This document shows positions 31,308-46,200 of a DNA stretch of 64,000 nucleotides, piece by piece; position 1 is the stretch's first letter, and each line of letters begins with the position of its first letter. Source of the DNA: Eledone cirrhosa (lineage: Eukaryota); contig CAXHJY010000826.1 in the NCBI GenBank assembly GCA_964016885.1, forward strand, positions 1 through 64,000. The letters run 5' to 3'. The notes beneath the pieces were generated by a model that was not told the origin of the DNA, searched no databases, and saw only the letters and a program-made list of their open reading frames with translations. Position numbers and translations under genes: made by a program.

Positions 31308-31636
31308 TTAATATAATTCAGATGATGATGATAATGATGTATGTTGTGATAGTTTCGATTAAATTTTGGGCATTAATTTTAATTAATAATAAATTAAAAA
31401 GTCTAAGTATTAATAGAATCCAATATAGGCAGTCATTAAAACGTTGGATAGAATGATTTACAGCATTCGGTCCGGCTCCTTGCGCTCTGGGTTCAAATCT
31501 CGCCGCAGTCAACTTTGCCTTTCATCATTACGAGGTTGATAGATCAGAAAAAGTACCAGTTAAGTGCTGGAGTCAATTCATCCTATATATATATATTTTT
31601 TCTCACTTCTTTTCCATTATTTTGTCTATCACACAG

Positions 31637-31702
<66 letters not shown>

Positions 31703-31787
31703 TCTCTCTCTCTTCTTTTCGAGAAGAAATCGGGTGTTTAGATCTGAAGAGGAGATGGTCTCAGCCAGGTTTTAAAATTGTGAGGTG

Positions 31788-31821
<34 letters not shown>

Positions 31822-31864
31822 CACACACACACACACAAATATATACATTATATATTTCGATATT

Positions 31865-34213
31865 AAGAACTACTACGCCTCTATTACCCAACCACTGCTT
31901 ACAGCCGCTTTGGATTACGCCAAAACTATTCCACCAATTACAGACGAGGAAATTGAAATGATATTCCACTCTAGGAAGATTGTTTTACTCTTCGAAAACT
32001 TCCCTTTGATAAAAAGAGCTCGAGACTCTCCTTTCAACGTCTGTATGGGTTCGACTGTCGGCTGAGATGACGGACCTTATAATCCAAAAATTCGTTGAAA
32101 AGGTTCCTGCGTTCGCTGGTGGTCTGTACCGAGATGACGGGTTTGTTACCCTCACACGGTATAACCCCAGTAGCATGGACAGGGTCCGTAAACACCTCAT
32201 CAAATTCTTCCGGGATTTGGGTTTCTAAATCCCCCTACAGACGTCCCTTACCCGTATCAACTTTCTGGATGTAACACTCAATCTGGAGAATAATTTGTTC
32301 TACCCCTACAGGAAACCTAACGAGAATTTACACTATATCCACCGCTATTCCAACCATCCAAGGTACATTACCAATAACTTAGTAAACCATATCTCCCTCC
32401 GCATATCACGCTTGTCGGCAAATGAGCAGATCTTCAATGAGCACGCGCCATATTACAACTAGGCCCCCAAAAGAAGCGGCTTCAGAGAAGACATTTCATA
32501 TTATCCAGGCCCTTCAGCGAATCCAGCAGGCGACGCCGCCGCTCACGCCACATAACATGGTTCAACAACATATGCCGAGAACGAAACGTGGTCTACCAGT
32601 GCAACGTGAGGACGTAACACTCCAACAAAGCCTACATTGGATTAACCGCCTGCGAGTTTATGAGCCGGTATTACCAACATTCATTTAGAAACCCGCCCCG
32701 GCGACACGCTACAACACTTTCTGGCCATATTTGGAACCTCCAAGACAATAACATTACCTATCATCTAACAAGTTGCTTACTTTCCAAGGCAAAATCCTAC
32801 TCGGGAGGACGACATCCGTGTAATTTATGCTCGGAGGAAACAATCCAGATGCTATTAGCAAGGACTAATTGTTAAACAAAAAGGATGAACTCGTTACCTC
32901 GTGTAAACACAGAATATATAGGACACATCTTACCTTTAAACCCCCTCCCGACTCAGGTGGGTAGATCTTGGTTTTATATCCTTCTCAATTACATTCTAAG
33001 ATAGAGGAAACCCCAAGCTTCCTTGAGTAGAAATAGAATTTTTTCTTTGTTATTAACACTTTCTAAATACACTTAGGTGGATCTTTGCATACTTACACTA
33101 TTATAAACAGTTCCTAATCTTCCTTAGGTAACCCGGAATATTTTCATTCTTGCGAAAATATACATACAACCCTTTGGAACCGGCCCAACAGATAGCTATG
33201 ACACTTTACTAGACCTATTAATCATAGTTTAAGCATGATGCACACACTTACTCGTAGGCATTACCGGACCGCTGCTATGGATGGTACGGTATACACAGTT
33301 AACGTGTACTGGCATATAAACTTATATGACACTAGCGCTTAAGCACCACCACTAACTATAGCGTCAGACTCGTTGAAGAAACCTATTAGCCAACAATCAA
33401 TATTTTTTCCTTTTGCTAATGTTTGCTGATAGCTCTGACATACGTGTTAAATTGACATTTTCAGGCTTTTTGAGGAATTTACTTTGCTATAGAACCTTGG
33501 CTAATTTACAACAGTACTAGAGAAGAGATGATTAATAATAACTTTAAGACTAAGGGTGGATTTGGGGGGCTGTTTGAAAATAAAGGAAAAATAAGTAAAT
33601 TAGTGTATGAGTTGCTCTTCCCGGACTATAGAGCAATTAATTGACAACTAGATTTCTCTGAGGAGCTGAATTAGAAATAAATTATAAATGCTTAGCTTTT
33701 TAGCAACGTGTTAGATAAGTCAAATTTAAGATAAATACACTACACTACCCCCTTTGACTTATATATGCTGAAAATATTTTTTCTCTCGTCCCCCCCCCCC
33801 CCTTTGAATTGAAGTTCAGCACAATACCGTTTCTACAGGTTAAAAATAGTTGTTTAGGATAAAATCTCTCTTAATGCCGTGCGTGCGCACCTGACCGGCC
33901 TAGCATTTTCAGGTCAGTTCGTCTAGTGACCCCTTCCCCCTTGTATTTCGGTATGTCTAGCCCCCCCCCCCCCCCCCCCCATCCGCCAAGAAGGTAATAA
34001 ATGATATACATCACTGACCACTCCCGGTGAAAGACAAGAAAAACAACAAAGTTTTTGCTTAGATTTTTTGTTTTTTTTGCTTTGACTGCATGCCCATATA
34101 TGGACTGTACTCCTTGATAAGTTCAGCTAGATTCCCGCTGTTCTAATACTGGTGGCTTAGTTCGGATCTAGCTGTGGATACGGCCGGAGCTCAGGTGTCG
34201 GGATCCTGAATCT

Positions 34214-34218
<5 letters not shown>
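31865..34218 (+). mobile_element. Degraded Penelope-like retroelement (Naiad-like RT + C-terminal endonuclease region + 3' pLTR)
   Basis: Frameshifted motifs FNVCMGS..AEMTDL, GLYRDDG (32121), NFLDVTLNL...YPYRKPN..LHYIHRYSNHP, TTLSGHIWNLQD...CNLCSEE...LNKKDELVTSCKH. Confidence 0.75.
34110..34203 (+). ncRNA. Degenerate hammerhead, family D (U3-A8 core)
   Basis: tcc-TTGATAA-..cagctagat...atctagctg..-GATA-cggcc..ggtg-TC-ggg. It is homologous to 55314-55407. Confidence 0.45.
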
Positions 34219-34296
<78 letters not shown>

Positions 34297-34467
34297 GATA
34301 TATACATAGAGAGAGAGAGAGAGAGAGAGAGTGAGAGTGAGAGAGAGAGAGGGGACAGAGAGAAAGAGTCATATGGAGGTTATATGGTCGACTAAAACCA
34401 GATGAAGGTGGTGCCCTAACATGGCCATAGTCTAATGGCTGAAACAACTAATAAAATCATTGTTTGT

Positions 34468-35392
34468 TTGTTTCTACTTTCGACACAAGGTCAGCCATTA
34501 CTGGTACTTTATGTTATTGACCCCGTAAAAATGAAAGACAAAATTAATCTCGGCGGGATTTGAAATCAGAACGTAAAGGCCCGTAACTCTATTCCACAAA
34601 GCATGGCGTCTGACGCTCTACCGATTCTACCAATCCACCACTTTAATAACAATAGTTTCTGATTTAGGCACAAGGCTAACAAATTTGGGGGAGGGCAAAG
34701 TCGATGGCATTTACCCCAGTGCATTACTGGTACTTTATTTTATCAATCCAGTATGGATGAAAGACAAAAACTAACCTCGGCTGGATTTGAACTCAGAACG
34801 AAAGGGGCTGTGCTGTAACTAGGGGCTGTGCTGTAACTAGGGGCTGTGCTGTAACTAGGGGCTGTGCTGTAACTTAACCGACGCGCCACCGATTACAGCC
34901 AATCCACCTTCCTTAATAAAAATAATAATAACGGTTTCTTATATAGGCAGAAGGCCAGCAATTTTTTTTGGGGGGAAGTCGATTAAATCGACCCCTTTAT
35001 TTTATCGACCCCGTAAGGATGAAAGGCAAAGTTAACCTCGGCGGGATTTGAACTCAGAACGTAAAGGGACGTAACTATGCTGGAAAGGACGGCGTCCGAC
35101 CTTCCACAGACACTGTCAATCCACCGCTTTTAATAGCATTAATAATAATTGTTTCTACTTTTGGCACAAGGCCAGCAATTACCCAGTGTATTACTGGTAC
35201 TTTATTTTATCGACCCCGTAAGGATGAAAGGCAAAGTTAACCTCGGCGGGATTTGAACTCAGAATGGCAAGGGCCGTAACTCAATGCCTCAAGGCATGGC
35301 GTCCGACCCTCTACTGATACTGGCAATCCAAATAATAATAATAATAATAATAATTGTTTCTACGTTAGGCACAAGGCCAGCAATTATCCAGT
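34468..35392 (-). mobile_element. Cluster of ~5 S1 SINE copies
   Basis: Reverse-complement S1 matches. One copy carries an internal 18-bp ggggctgtgctgtaacta x4. Confidence 0.8.
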
Positions 35393-35395
35393 GCT

Positions 35396-35518
35396 AGAAG
35401 AAGAAGAAGAAAAAGAAGAAAAAGAAAAAGAAAAAGAAAAAGAAAAAGAAAAAGAAAAAGAAAAAGAAAAAGAAAAAGAAAAAGAAAGAAAAAGAAAAAG
35501 AAGAAGAAGAAGAAGAAA
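35396..35518. repeat. (GAAAAA/GAA)n
   Basis: Direct reading. Confidence 0.9.
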
Positions 35519-36004
35519 TATAATCCTGCTAGGTGAATTGTGAATGAAAGCAATATGGAAGTTTCTAATAAGTATTTCAATACGTTAAAGTCGGAAGTTG
35601 GCTGAGAACAATCTAGAATGCCATATAGACATAAAGTTAATACTTTACTAAACAAGGAAATAAATAGTTACATTAATTCCCTTTATAACAACACTGCATG
35701 CCAGCCAGCCAGCACCCGAAACCGCGCGTCTCTGCCTGTTTACATTCTTACGTATGTATATTTATATATCCTACATACAAACAGGCATATATAGACACAT
35801 ATATATACGTACGTATAAACACACATCCATACACATGTACATACAAACATATGCAGCACACATACACATGCATAAACATATATATACACACATATACATA
35901 CACACACATATACATTATCGCAATCACAAACGCATGTGTACATACTTGCATTCATAAATACAAGCATATAATACTTAATGTGCTGGAGATTGTATGTGTA
36001 TTGC

Positions 36005-36006
<2 letters not shown>

Positions 36007-36085
<79 letters not shown>

Positions 36086-36296
36086 TATATACATACATAT
36101 ATATGTATATATATATATGTATATATATATACGTATATATATATATATATACATATATATACATATATTATAAGCGTATATATATATACATATGTATATA
36201 TATATACATATATATATATACATATGTATGTATATATATATATATATATACGTATATATATATATACATATATATATATACGTATATATATATATG

Positions 36297-36332
<36 letters not shown>

Positions 36333-36380
36333 GTATGTACATACATTATATATATATATATATATAATGTATGTACATAC

Positions 36381-36434
<54 letters not shown>

Positions 36435-36450
36435 CATATATATAAACATA

Positions 36451-36489
<39 letters not shown>

Positions 36490-36540
36490 TGTATATATAT
36501 ATATATATAATATATATGTATGTATATATACACACACATA
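36007..36540. repeat. (TA)n-rich tract
   Basis: Direct reading. Confidence 0.93.
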
Positions 36541-36691
36541 TAGACATGCTTGTACAATCTAGTCGCTGTTTATATCCGGAGCCGGTCAATTTCTCGATTT
36601 GAAATTTCAAAATAAACACTTGCTGAACTACTTGGGTGGGCGAAATAATTGTTGGTGATGTTTTATAAACAGTTTTACCGTTGTTGTTTCT

Positions 36692-39118
36692 CATAGCTCT
36701 ACCGCCGCCATTACTACAACAACAGTAACAACAACAGTAACACCACCACAGTAACTCTACCGCCGCCATTACTACAACAACAGTAACAACAACAGTAAAA
36801 ACACCACCACCACAGTAGCTCTACCGCCGCCATTACTACAACAACAGTAACAACAACAGTAACAACAACAGTAACACAACCACCATCACCACCACCACAG
36901 TAGCTCTACCGCCGCCATTACTACAACAACAGTAACAACAACAGTAACACAACCACCACCACAGTAGCTCTACCGCCACCATTACTACAACAATAGTAAC
37001 AACAACAGTAACAACACCACCACCACAGTAGCTCTACCATCGCCATTACTACAACAACATTAACAACACCATCACCACCACCACAGTAGCTCTACCGCCG
37101 CCATTACTACCACAACAGTAACAACAACAGTAACAACACCACCACCACAGTAGCTCTACCGCCGCCATTACTACAACAACAGTAACAACACCACCACCAC
37201 CACCACAGTAGCTCTACCGCCGCCATTACTACAACAACAGTAACAACAACAGTAACACAACCACCACCACCACCACCACCACAGTAGCTCTACCACCGCC
37301 ATTACTACAACAACAGTAACAACAACAGTAACACAACCACCATCACCACCACCACAGTAGCTCTACCGCCGCCATTACTACAACAACAGTAACAACAACA
37401 GTAACACAACCACCATCACCACCACCACAGTAGCTCTAGCACCACCATTACTACAACAAAAGTAACAACAACAGTAACACAACCACCACCACCACCACCA
37501 CCACCACAGTAGCTCTACCACCGCCATTACTACAACAACAGTAACAACAACAGTAACACAACCACCATCACCACCACCACAGTAGCTCTACCGCCGCCAT
37601 TACTACAACAACAGTAACAACAACAGTAACACAACCACCATCACCACCACCACAGTAGCTCTACCACCGCCATTACTACAACAACAGTAACAACAACAGT
37701 AACACAACCACCACCACCACCACCACAGTAGCTCTACCACCACCATTACTACAACAACAGTAACAACAACAGTAACACAACCACCACCACCACCACCACC
37801 ACAGTAGCTCTACCACCGCCATTACTACAACAACAGTAACAACAACAGTAACACAACCACCATCACCACCACCACAGTAGCTCTACCGCCGCCATTACTA
37901 CAACAACAGTAACAACAACAGTAACACAACCACCATCACCACCACCACAGTAGCTCTACCGCCGCCATTACTACAACAACAGTAACAACAACAGTAACAC
38001 AACCACCATCACCACCACCACAGTAGCTCTACCACCGCCATTACTACAACAACAGTAACAACACCACCACCACCACCACAGTAACTCTACCGCCGCCATT
38101 ACTACAACAACAGTAACAACAACAACAACAGTAACACCATCACCACCACCACAGTAGCTCTACCGCCGCCATTACTACAACAACAGTAACAACAACAGTA
38201 ACAACACCACCACCACCACCACAGAAGCTCTTCCGCCGCCATTACTTCAACAACAGTAACAACAACAGTAACACAACCACCATAACCACCACCACAGTAG
38301 CTCTACCGCCGCCATTACGACAACAACAGTAACAACAACAGTAACAACACCACCACCACCACCACAGTAGCTCTACCGCCGCCATCTCTACAACAACAGT
38401 AACAACAACAGTAACACAACCACCATAACCACCACCACAGTAGCTCCACCGCCGCCATTACTACATCAACAGTAACAACAACAGTAACACCACCACCACC
38501 ACGACCACCACAGTAGCTCTACCGCCGCCATTACGACAACAACAGTAACAACAACAGTAACAACACCACCACTACCACCAGAGTAGCTCTACCGCCGCCA
38601 TCTCTACAACAACAGTAACAACAACAGTAACACAACCACCATCACCACCACCACAGTAGCTCTACCACCGCCATTACTACAACAACAGTAACAACACCAC
38701 CACCACCACCACAGTAACTCTACCGCCGCCATTACTACAACAACAGTAACAACAACAACAACAGTAACACCATCACCACCACCACAGTAGCTCTACCGCC
38801 GCCATTACGACAACAACAGTAACAACAACAGTAACAACACCACCACCACCACCACAGTAGCTCTACCGCCGCCATCTCTACAACAACAGTAACAACAACA
38901 GTAACACAACCACCATAACCACCACCACAGTAGCTCCACCGCCGCCATTACTACATCAACAGTAACAACAACAGTAACACCACCACCACCACGACCACCA
39001 CAGTAGCTCTACCGCCGCCATTACGACAACAACAGTAACAACAACAGTAACAACACCACCACCACCACAGTAGCTCTACCGCCGCCATTACTACAACAAC
39101 AGTAACAACAACAACAAC
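36692..39118. repeat. Compound ~55-65-bp minisatellite
   Basis: Unit cagtagctctaccgccgccattactacaacaacagtaacaacaacagtaacacaaccacca(cca)n. Confidence 0.95.
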
Positions 39119-39315
39119 CTCTAGGGGTTGTATCGATGAACATTACACTCAGGTATTTATTGCTATCATACCATGAGTTTATTCTATTAGCGTTGTTCCT
39201 AGTTCTTTCTATTCTATTCCAAAATTTGCTCCTATACAAGGGGCAGGTCCCATTTATGTCATTATTTACCATTTTTTCCCATTTGGTTCTGGCTCCTCTA
39301 TACACTCTGATTTTA

Positions 39316-39999
39316 TCCAGAACCAAATGGGAAAAAATGGTAAATAATGACATAAATGGGACCTGCCCCTTGTATAGGAGCAAATTTTGGAATAGAATAG
39401 AAAGAACTAGGAACAACGCTAATAGAATAAACTCATGGTATGATAGCAATAAATACCAGAGTGTAATGTTCATCGATACAACCCCTAGAGGTGAATTAGC
39501 TTACAAATTTAGAAGGGCCCTAAATAAACATAAACTCAATATTAAGATAGTAGAAAGACCAGGTACCTCCGTAAAAACACACATTAGCAAGACATACCCT
39601 TTTCAAAGACCCTCATGTATAGATAAGAAATGTATAACCTGTAAAATAAGCCCCCATATTAACTGTAAAACTAGAAATGTAGTGTATAGCATAAGATGAA
39701 CCGAAGGACAATGTAGAGACAAAAATATAGTGTACTTAGGTAAGACAGCTCGTAGTGTAGGGGAACGGATAAATGAACACTGGCGAGACCTTCAAGATAG
39801 TAAAGAATCATATGTACTCTACCAACATGCTAAAATAGAACACAAGGGTAAATTAGAGAACATAGAAATAAAAATAGAATCTACACACAGAAAAGACGCA
39901 ATGTTTAGACAAATTACAGAGGCAATAAACATAAAAGAATTACAACCAAAATTAAATAGAAAATATGAGTGGAACAGCAACATCACAACTTACAATTAA
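39316..39999 (+). pseudogene. PLE ORF C-terminus: linker, Zn-binding Cys motif and GIY-YIG endonuclease
   Basis: ORFs 39136..39699 and 39730..39999 are in the same frame, separated by one TGA. They show VVY...Y.G.T.R...ER..EH and E...I...P.LN motifs. Confidence 0.8.
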
Positions 40000-40200
40000 G
40001 GACAAAATGAAAACACACACACACATAGAACAAACAACCAACCAGTAACATGTAAATAAACAAATAAATAAATGAACATAAACACACACGGACACCCGGA
40101 TGTGGCGCATGCGCAGACTGAGCACACAACACACACACAGAAACAAAATGGCGTAGGACAGAACAAAGGAGAGGCACAGAAACAAAGAAAGGAATCCCCA

Positions 40201-40243
40201 GTCACTGAAGAGGTCACAGAGTGTGTGACGAAAGAACTATGAC
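40201..40243 (+). ncRNA. Minimal type I hammerhead in PLE pLTR, family E
   Basis: gtca-CTGAAGA-ggtcac agagtgt gtgac-GAAA-gaac-TA-tgac. Confidence 0.8.
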
Positions 40244-40392
40244 AATATATAAACAACTATCTGGTTGTGGAACCAACCAACCAACCAGAAATTTATAAAT
40301 TTATAAATTTATTATAAATTTATTATAATAAATTGAAGTGAAAGCAACTGGTGCGTGTGTTTCTTATTGGAAACATGACCCTCCCAAAGTAT

Positions 40393-40451
<59 letters not shown>

Positions 40452-40455
<4 letters not shown>

Positions 40456-41186
40456 AATAAGGGCGCTGCGGAGTTGCAAATGTGTTACATATGAAAAAAG
40501 TTTGTCCTTCATCAGTGATCTTCCAATCATCATAGATATTGCATCGCTTTAAAGACCATATACTTCCGGTTGGTGCGAGCAACGGCTAAAAAAAGTCGTT
40601 GGGACACGTAAATAAAGGGGACGCGATGGTAAACAAACAAAATGGTGAAGCAACAGAAAGTGAGGAAGAAAGAGACAAGTCCCAGATTTCTATGAATTTA
40701 AGTTCGGTGAAATCGTGAACGAGAGAGAATAAAGACCATCAAACCTGGTTGAAATGTGAGCAAGGAAGGAATTTCGCACAGGTCTAACGGGAGGAAGAAG
40801 GGATCTGGTCTGCGAATTCGGTAAACATAAGTTCTGTGAAATCGTAGACGAGAGAGAGAAAAAATTCCGACCAGCTTGGCCGAGAATGCGAGAGAAAAGA
40901 ATTACTCACAGGTCAAACGGGAAGAAAGAGGAGGAGGAGAGGTAGTGACAGAGAATGAGTGAGTGAAGGGTGAGGAAGAGGCTAACAGAAAGAGAGAGAC
41001 TGTTAGAAAGGGTAAAGATACATAGCACGAAAAAGACGTGTAGCAGCAGAGGAAAAAATATGTGTAAATATGATAATAAGGGCGCTGCGGAGTTGCAAAT
41101 GGGTTACATATGAAAAAAGTTTGTCCTTCATCAGTGATCTTCCAACCATCATAGGCATTTCATCGCTTTAAAGACCATATACCTCC

Positions 41187-41189
<3 letters not shown>
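40452..41189. mobile_element. Unclassified element with ~118-bp terminal direct repeats (period 619 bp)
   Basis: tgataataagggcgctgcggag...ccatatac.tccggt at 40452 and 41071, flanked by (TA)n. Confidence 0.6.
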
Positions 41190-41231
<42 letters not shown>

Positions 41232-41658
41232 ATGTATATATATGTATATATATATAAGTATGTATGTATGTTCTTCTGGTTTTATAATTTCACAATTCTT
41301 TCCCATTAGAGAGAGAGTCGGTTTCTAACAGACACAAGACTCTCTCATTGGAATTTACACAACATCAACTAGGTAGATATATATGTATGCATGCATGTGT
41401 AGATATGGATGTTATTGTATGTGTGGATGTGTATGTTTGCGTTGTATGTGTGCATGTGTATATGCTTTGTATCTGTACATGTGTATATGCAGTTATTAGA
41501 TGCAACATTTTTGGAATGTTTTACATATTTTTACTGTTCCATTAATGGATTGCACTTGTAGTTTCCTAACATGTGTATGTATGTATGTGTGTGAGTATGT
41601 ATATGTATATAAGTGTGTGTATATAAGTGTATTTCTATTCTTCTGGTTTCATTATTTT

Positions 41659-41842
41659 TTGGCAGTATTGGTAGAGGGTCGGATGCCATGCTTTGCGACA
41701 TAGAGTTATGCCCCTTTAGGGTCTGAGTTCAAATCCCGCCGAGGTTCACTTTGCCTTTCACCCTTGCGGGGTCGATAAAATAAAGTACCAGTAATGTACT
41801 GGGATAATTGCTGGCCTTGTGCCAAAAAGTAGAAACAATTAT
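41659..41842 (+). mobile_element. S1 SINE
   Basis: Full match. Confidence 0.8.
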
Positions 41843-42611
41843 TTTATGAATTAGAGGGAGAGCCGGTTTCTAACATAGATACAAGACTGTTTCATTGAAA
41901 TTTAGGTAAATATGTATGTCTGCATGCTTGTGTGTATGTGCTGGTGTGTATGTATGTGTGTATGTCTACCTGCATGTGTGTGTGTGTGTGTGTGTGTGTC
42001 TGAGTGTGTGCGAGTGTGTGCGAGTGTGTGCGTGTGTGTGTGTGCAAGTATTGATGTTATTGTCTGTGTGTAGCTGTATGTTTTGAGTTATATATGTACA
42101 TGTGCATATAATTTGTATCGATACATGTGTGTATTCAGTTATTACATGTATGTATCCCTAAATCGTCCCCTTTTCTGGCGGTGAGGAGGAAGTGTATGTT
42201 TTCGATATAATCTTGGCAATTCGAAGGATCACTAATGTCCACGTGTGAGAAAAGAAAAGCCTCTTCCCCCAGCAGCCACCGAAAATCTCCACCACCATCC
42301 TACCTCTCACATCACAAAATATGGGGTTTACAAGTTGCTCAGCGTATCCCTAAACTATCCCTCTCAATTGGCTGTTAATGTCTGACGATATATTGCAGAC
42401 TCAGTCAATATGGCCGCACAGTTTCAGACGGTCAGTCTATTTTATACATTATCTCATCTGTTGTAATTGACCGACAGTTCTTCGCCATAGTAATCGCTTG
42501 GTTTCTTTTATATCAAGTTATTTGTAGTTAATACTAAACAGTTTGGTATATTTATATCTTAATGGAGAACTTATAGTTACAACTCAACACGATAGCGCCG
42601 AAAATACATTA

Positions 42612-43170
42612 GTGTGTGTGTGTGTGTATGTGTGTGTGTGTGGCTGTATGACTGCGTGTGTGTGTGTGTGTGTGTGTGTGTCTGTGTGTGCGTGTGTGTA
42701 TCTGTGTATGTCTGTGTGACTCTGTGTGTGTGTGTCTGTGTGTGTGTGTGTGTGTGACTGTGTGTTGTGTGTCTGTGTGTCTGTGTCTGTGTGACTGTGT
42801 GTGTATGTGTGGGTGTGCATCTGTATGTGTGTGTGTGTGTGTCTGTGTGTGTGTATGTGTGTGTGTCTGTGTAACTGTGTGTATGTGTGGGTGTGCATCT
42901 GTATGTGTGTGTGTGTGTGAGTGCGTGCCTGTGTGTCTGTGTCTGTGTGTGTGTGTGTATGTGTGTGTGTGTGTGTGTTTGTGTAACTGTGTGTGTATAT
43001 GTGAGTGTGCATCTGTGTGTGTCTGTGTGTGTGAGTGCGCGTGTTTGTCTGTGTGCCCGTGTGTGTGTGTGTGTGAGTGTGTGTCTGTGTGTGTGAGTGT
43101 GTCTGTGTGTGTGAGTGTGCATGTGTGTGTGTGTCTGTGTGTGTGTCTGTGTGCCTGTGTGTGTGAGTGT
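42612..43170. repeat. Degenerate (TG)n
   Basis: Direct reading. Confidence 0.9.
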
Positions 43171-43204
43171 AAGGTAGGAGTGGGATGAGGAGGTAATGAC
43201 TTGT

Positions 43205-46200
43205 CTACACTAGACTACACTAAACTACACTACACTACACTACACTACACTACACTACACTACACTAAACTACACTACACTACACTACACTACACTACAT
43301 TACACTACACTACACTACACTACACTAAACTACACTACACTACACTACACTATACTACACTAAACTACACTTCACTACACTACACTATACTACACTAAAC
43401 TACACTACACTACACTAAACTACACTACACTACACTATACTACACTACAATACACTAAACTACACTTCACTACACTACACTATACTACACTAAACTACAC
43501 TACACTAAACTACACTACACTACACTAAACTACACTACACTACATTACACTACACTACACTACACTACACTAAACTACACTACACTACACTACACTACAC
43601 TACACTACACTACACTACACTACACTACACTATACTACACTACACTACACTACACTACACTACATTACACTACACTACACTAAACTACACTATACTACAC
43701 TACACTACACTACACTACACTACACTACATTACACTACACTACACTAAACTACACTATACTACACTACACTACACTACACTACACTACACTACATTACAC
43801 TACACTACATTACACTAGACTACACTAAACTACACTACACTACACTACACTACACTACACTACACTACACTACACTACACTATACTACACTACACTACAC
43901 TAAACTACACTACACTACACTAGACTACACTAAACTACACTACACTACACTACACTACACTACACTACACTAGACTACACTAAACTACACTACACTACAC
44001 TAAACTACACTACACTACACTAGACTACACTAAACTACACTACACTACACTACACTACACTACACTAAACTACACTATACTACACTACACTACACTACAC
44101 TACACTACACTACATTACACTACACTAAACTACACTACACTACAATACACTACACTACACTGCACTACACTACACTACACTAGACTACACTAAACTACAC
44201 TACACTACACTACACTACACTACACTATACTACACTACACTACACTAAACTACACTACACTACACTACACTACACTACACTACACTAGACTACACTAAAC
44301 TACACTACACTACACTACACTACACTACACTACACTACACTACACTACACTATACTACACTACACTACACTAAACTACACTACACTACACTAGACTACAC
44401 TAAACTACACTACACTACACTACACTACACTACACTACACTACACTACACTAGACTACACTAAACTACACTACACTACACTACACTACACTACACTACAC
44501 TACACTATACTACACTACACTACACTAAACTACACTACACTACACTAGACTACACTAAACTACACTACACTACACTACACTACACTACACTACACTACAC
44601 TACACTATACTACACTAAACTACACTGCACTACACTACACTACACTACACTAAACTACACTACACTACACTACACTACACTACACTACACTATACTACAC
44701 TACACTACACTAAACTACACTACACTACACTACACTACAATACACTACACTACACTGCACTACACTACACTACACTACATTACACTACACTACACTAAAC
44801 TACACTATACTACACTACACTACACTACACTACAATACACTACACTACACTGCACTACACTACACTACACTACACTACACTAAACTACACTACACTACAC
44901 TACACTACAATACACTACACTACACTGCACTACACTACACTACACTACACTACATTACACTACACTACACTAAACTACACTACACTACACTACACTACAC
45001 TACATTACACTACACTACACTAAACTACACTATACTACACTACACTACACTACACTACAATACACTACACTACACTGCACTACACTACACTACACTACAC
45101 TACACTAAACTACACTACACTACACTACACTACAATACACTACACTACACTGCACTACACTACACTACACTACACTACACTAAACTACACTACAATACAC
45201 TACACTATACTACACTACAATACACTAAACTACACTTCACTACACTACAATACACTACACTACAATACACTACACTACAATACACTACACTACACTTCAT
45301 TACACTAAACTGCACTACACTACACTACACTACACTACACTAAACTACACTACACTACACTGCACTACACTACACTACACTACACTACACTAAACTACAC
45401 TACACTACACTACACTACACTACACTACACTACACTAAACTACACTACACTACACTGCACTACACTACACTACACTACACTACACTAAACTACACTACAC
45501 TACACTACACTACACTACACTACACTACATTACACTACACTACACTAAACTACACTATACTACACTACACTACACTACACTACAATACACTACACTATAC
45601 TACACTACAATACACTAAACTACACTACACTACACTACAATACACTACACTACAATACACTACACTACAATACACTACACTACACTTCATTACACTAAAC
45701 TGCACTACACTACACTACACTACACTAAACTACACTACACTACACTACACTACACTACATTACACTACACTACACTAACTACACTATACTACACTACACT
45801 ACACTACACTACAATACACTACACTACAATACACTACACTACAATACACTACACTACACTTCATTACACTAAACTGCACTACACTACACTACCTACACTA
45901 CACTACACCTAAACACTCATTACAATACACTACACTACATACACTACACTACACTTCATTACACTAAACTGCACTACACTACACTACACTACACTACACT
46001 ATACTACACTACAATACACTACACTACAATACACTACACTACCACTTCATTACACTAAACTGCACTACACTACACTACACTACACTACACTAAACTACAC
46101 TACAATACACTACACTACAATACACTACACTACACTTCATTACACTAAACTGCACTACACTACACTACACTACACTACACTATACTACACTACAATACAC

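Larger units (their letters stand above)
39119..40398 (+). mobile_element. 5'-truncated Penelope-like element (Neptune-like GIY-YIG end + pLTR) with 5' inversion
   Basis: VMFIDTTPRGEL...KIVERPG...C..KKC..C...C..RNVVYSIR*TEGQC...YLGKTARSVGERINEH...RQITEAINI...PKLNRKYEW. The segment 39119-39291 is an inverted copy of ~39316-39490. Confidence 0.85.

Noticed and set aside
39697-39699. In-frame TGA at a conserved Cys of the PLE endonuclease (possible selenocysteine)
   Set aside because: The sister copy at ~59942 (minus) has TGT (Cys), so a simple nonsense mutation is more likely. I saw no SECIS.
41100-41175. Possible type II hammerhead on the minus strand (GAAA..TA-tgat..atca-CTGATGA)
   Set aside because: Stems II and III do not pair, and the other repeat copy lacks GAAA.
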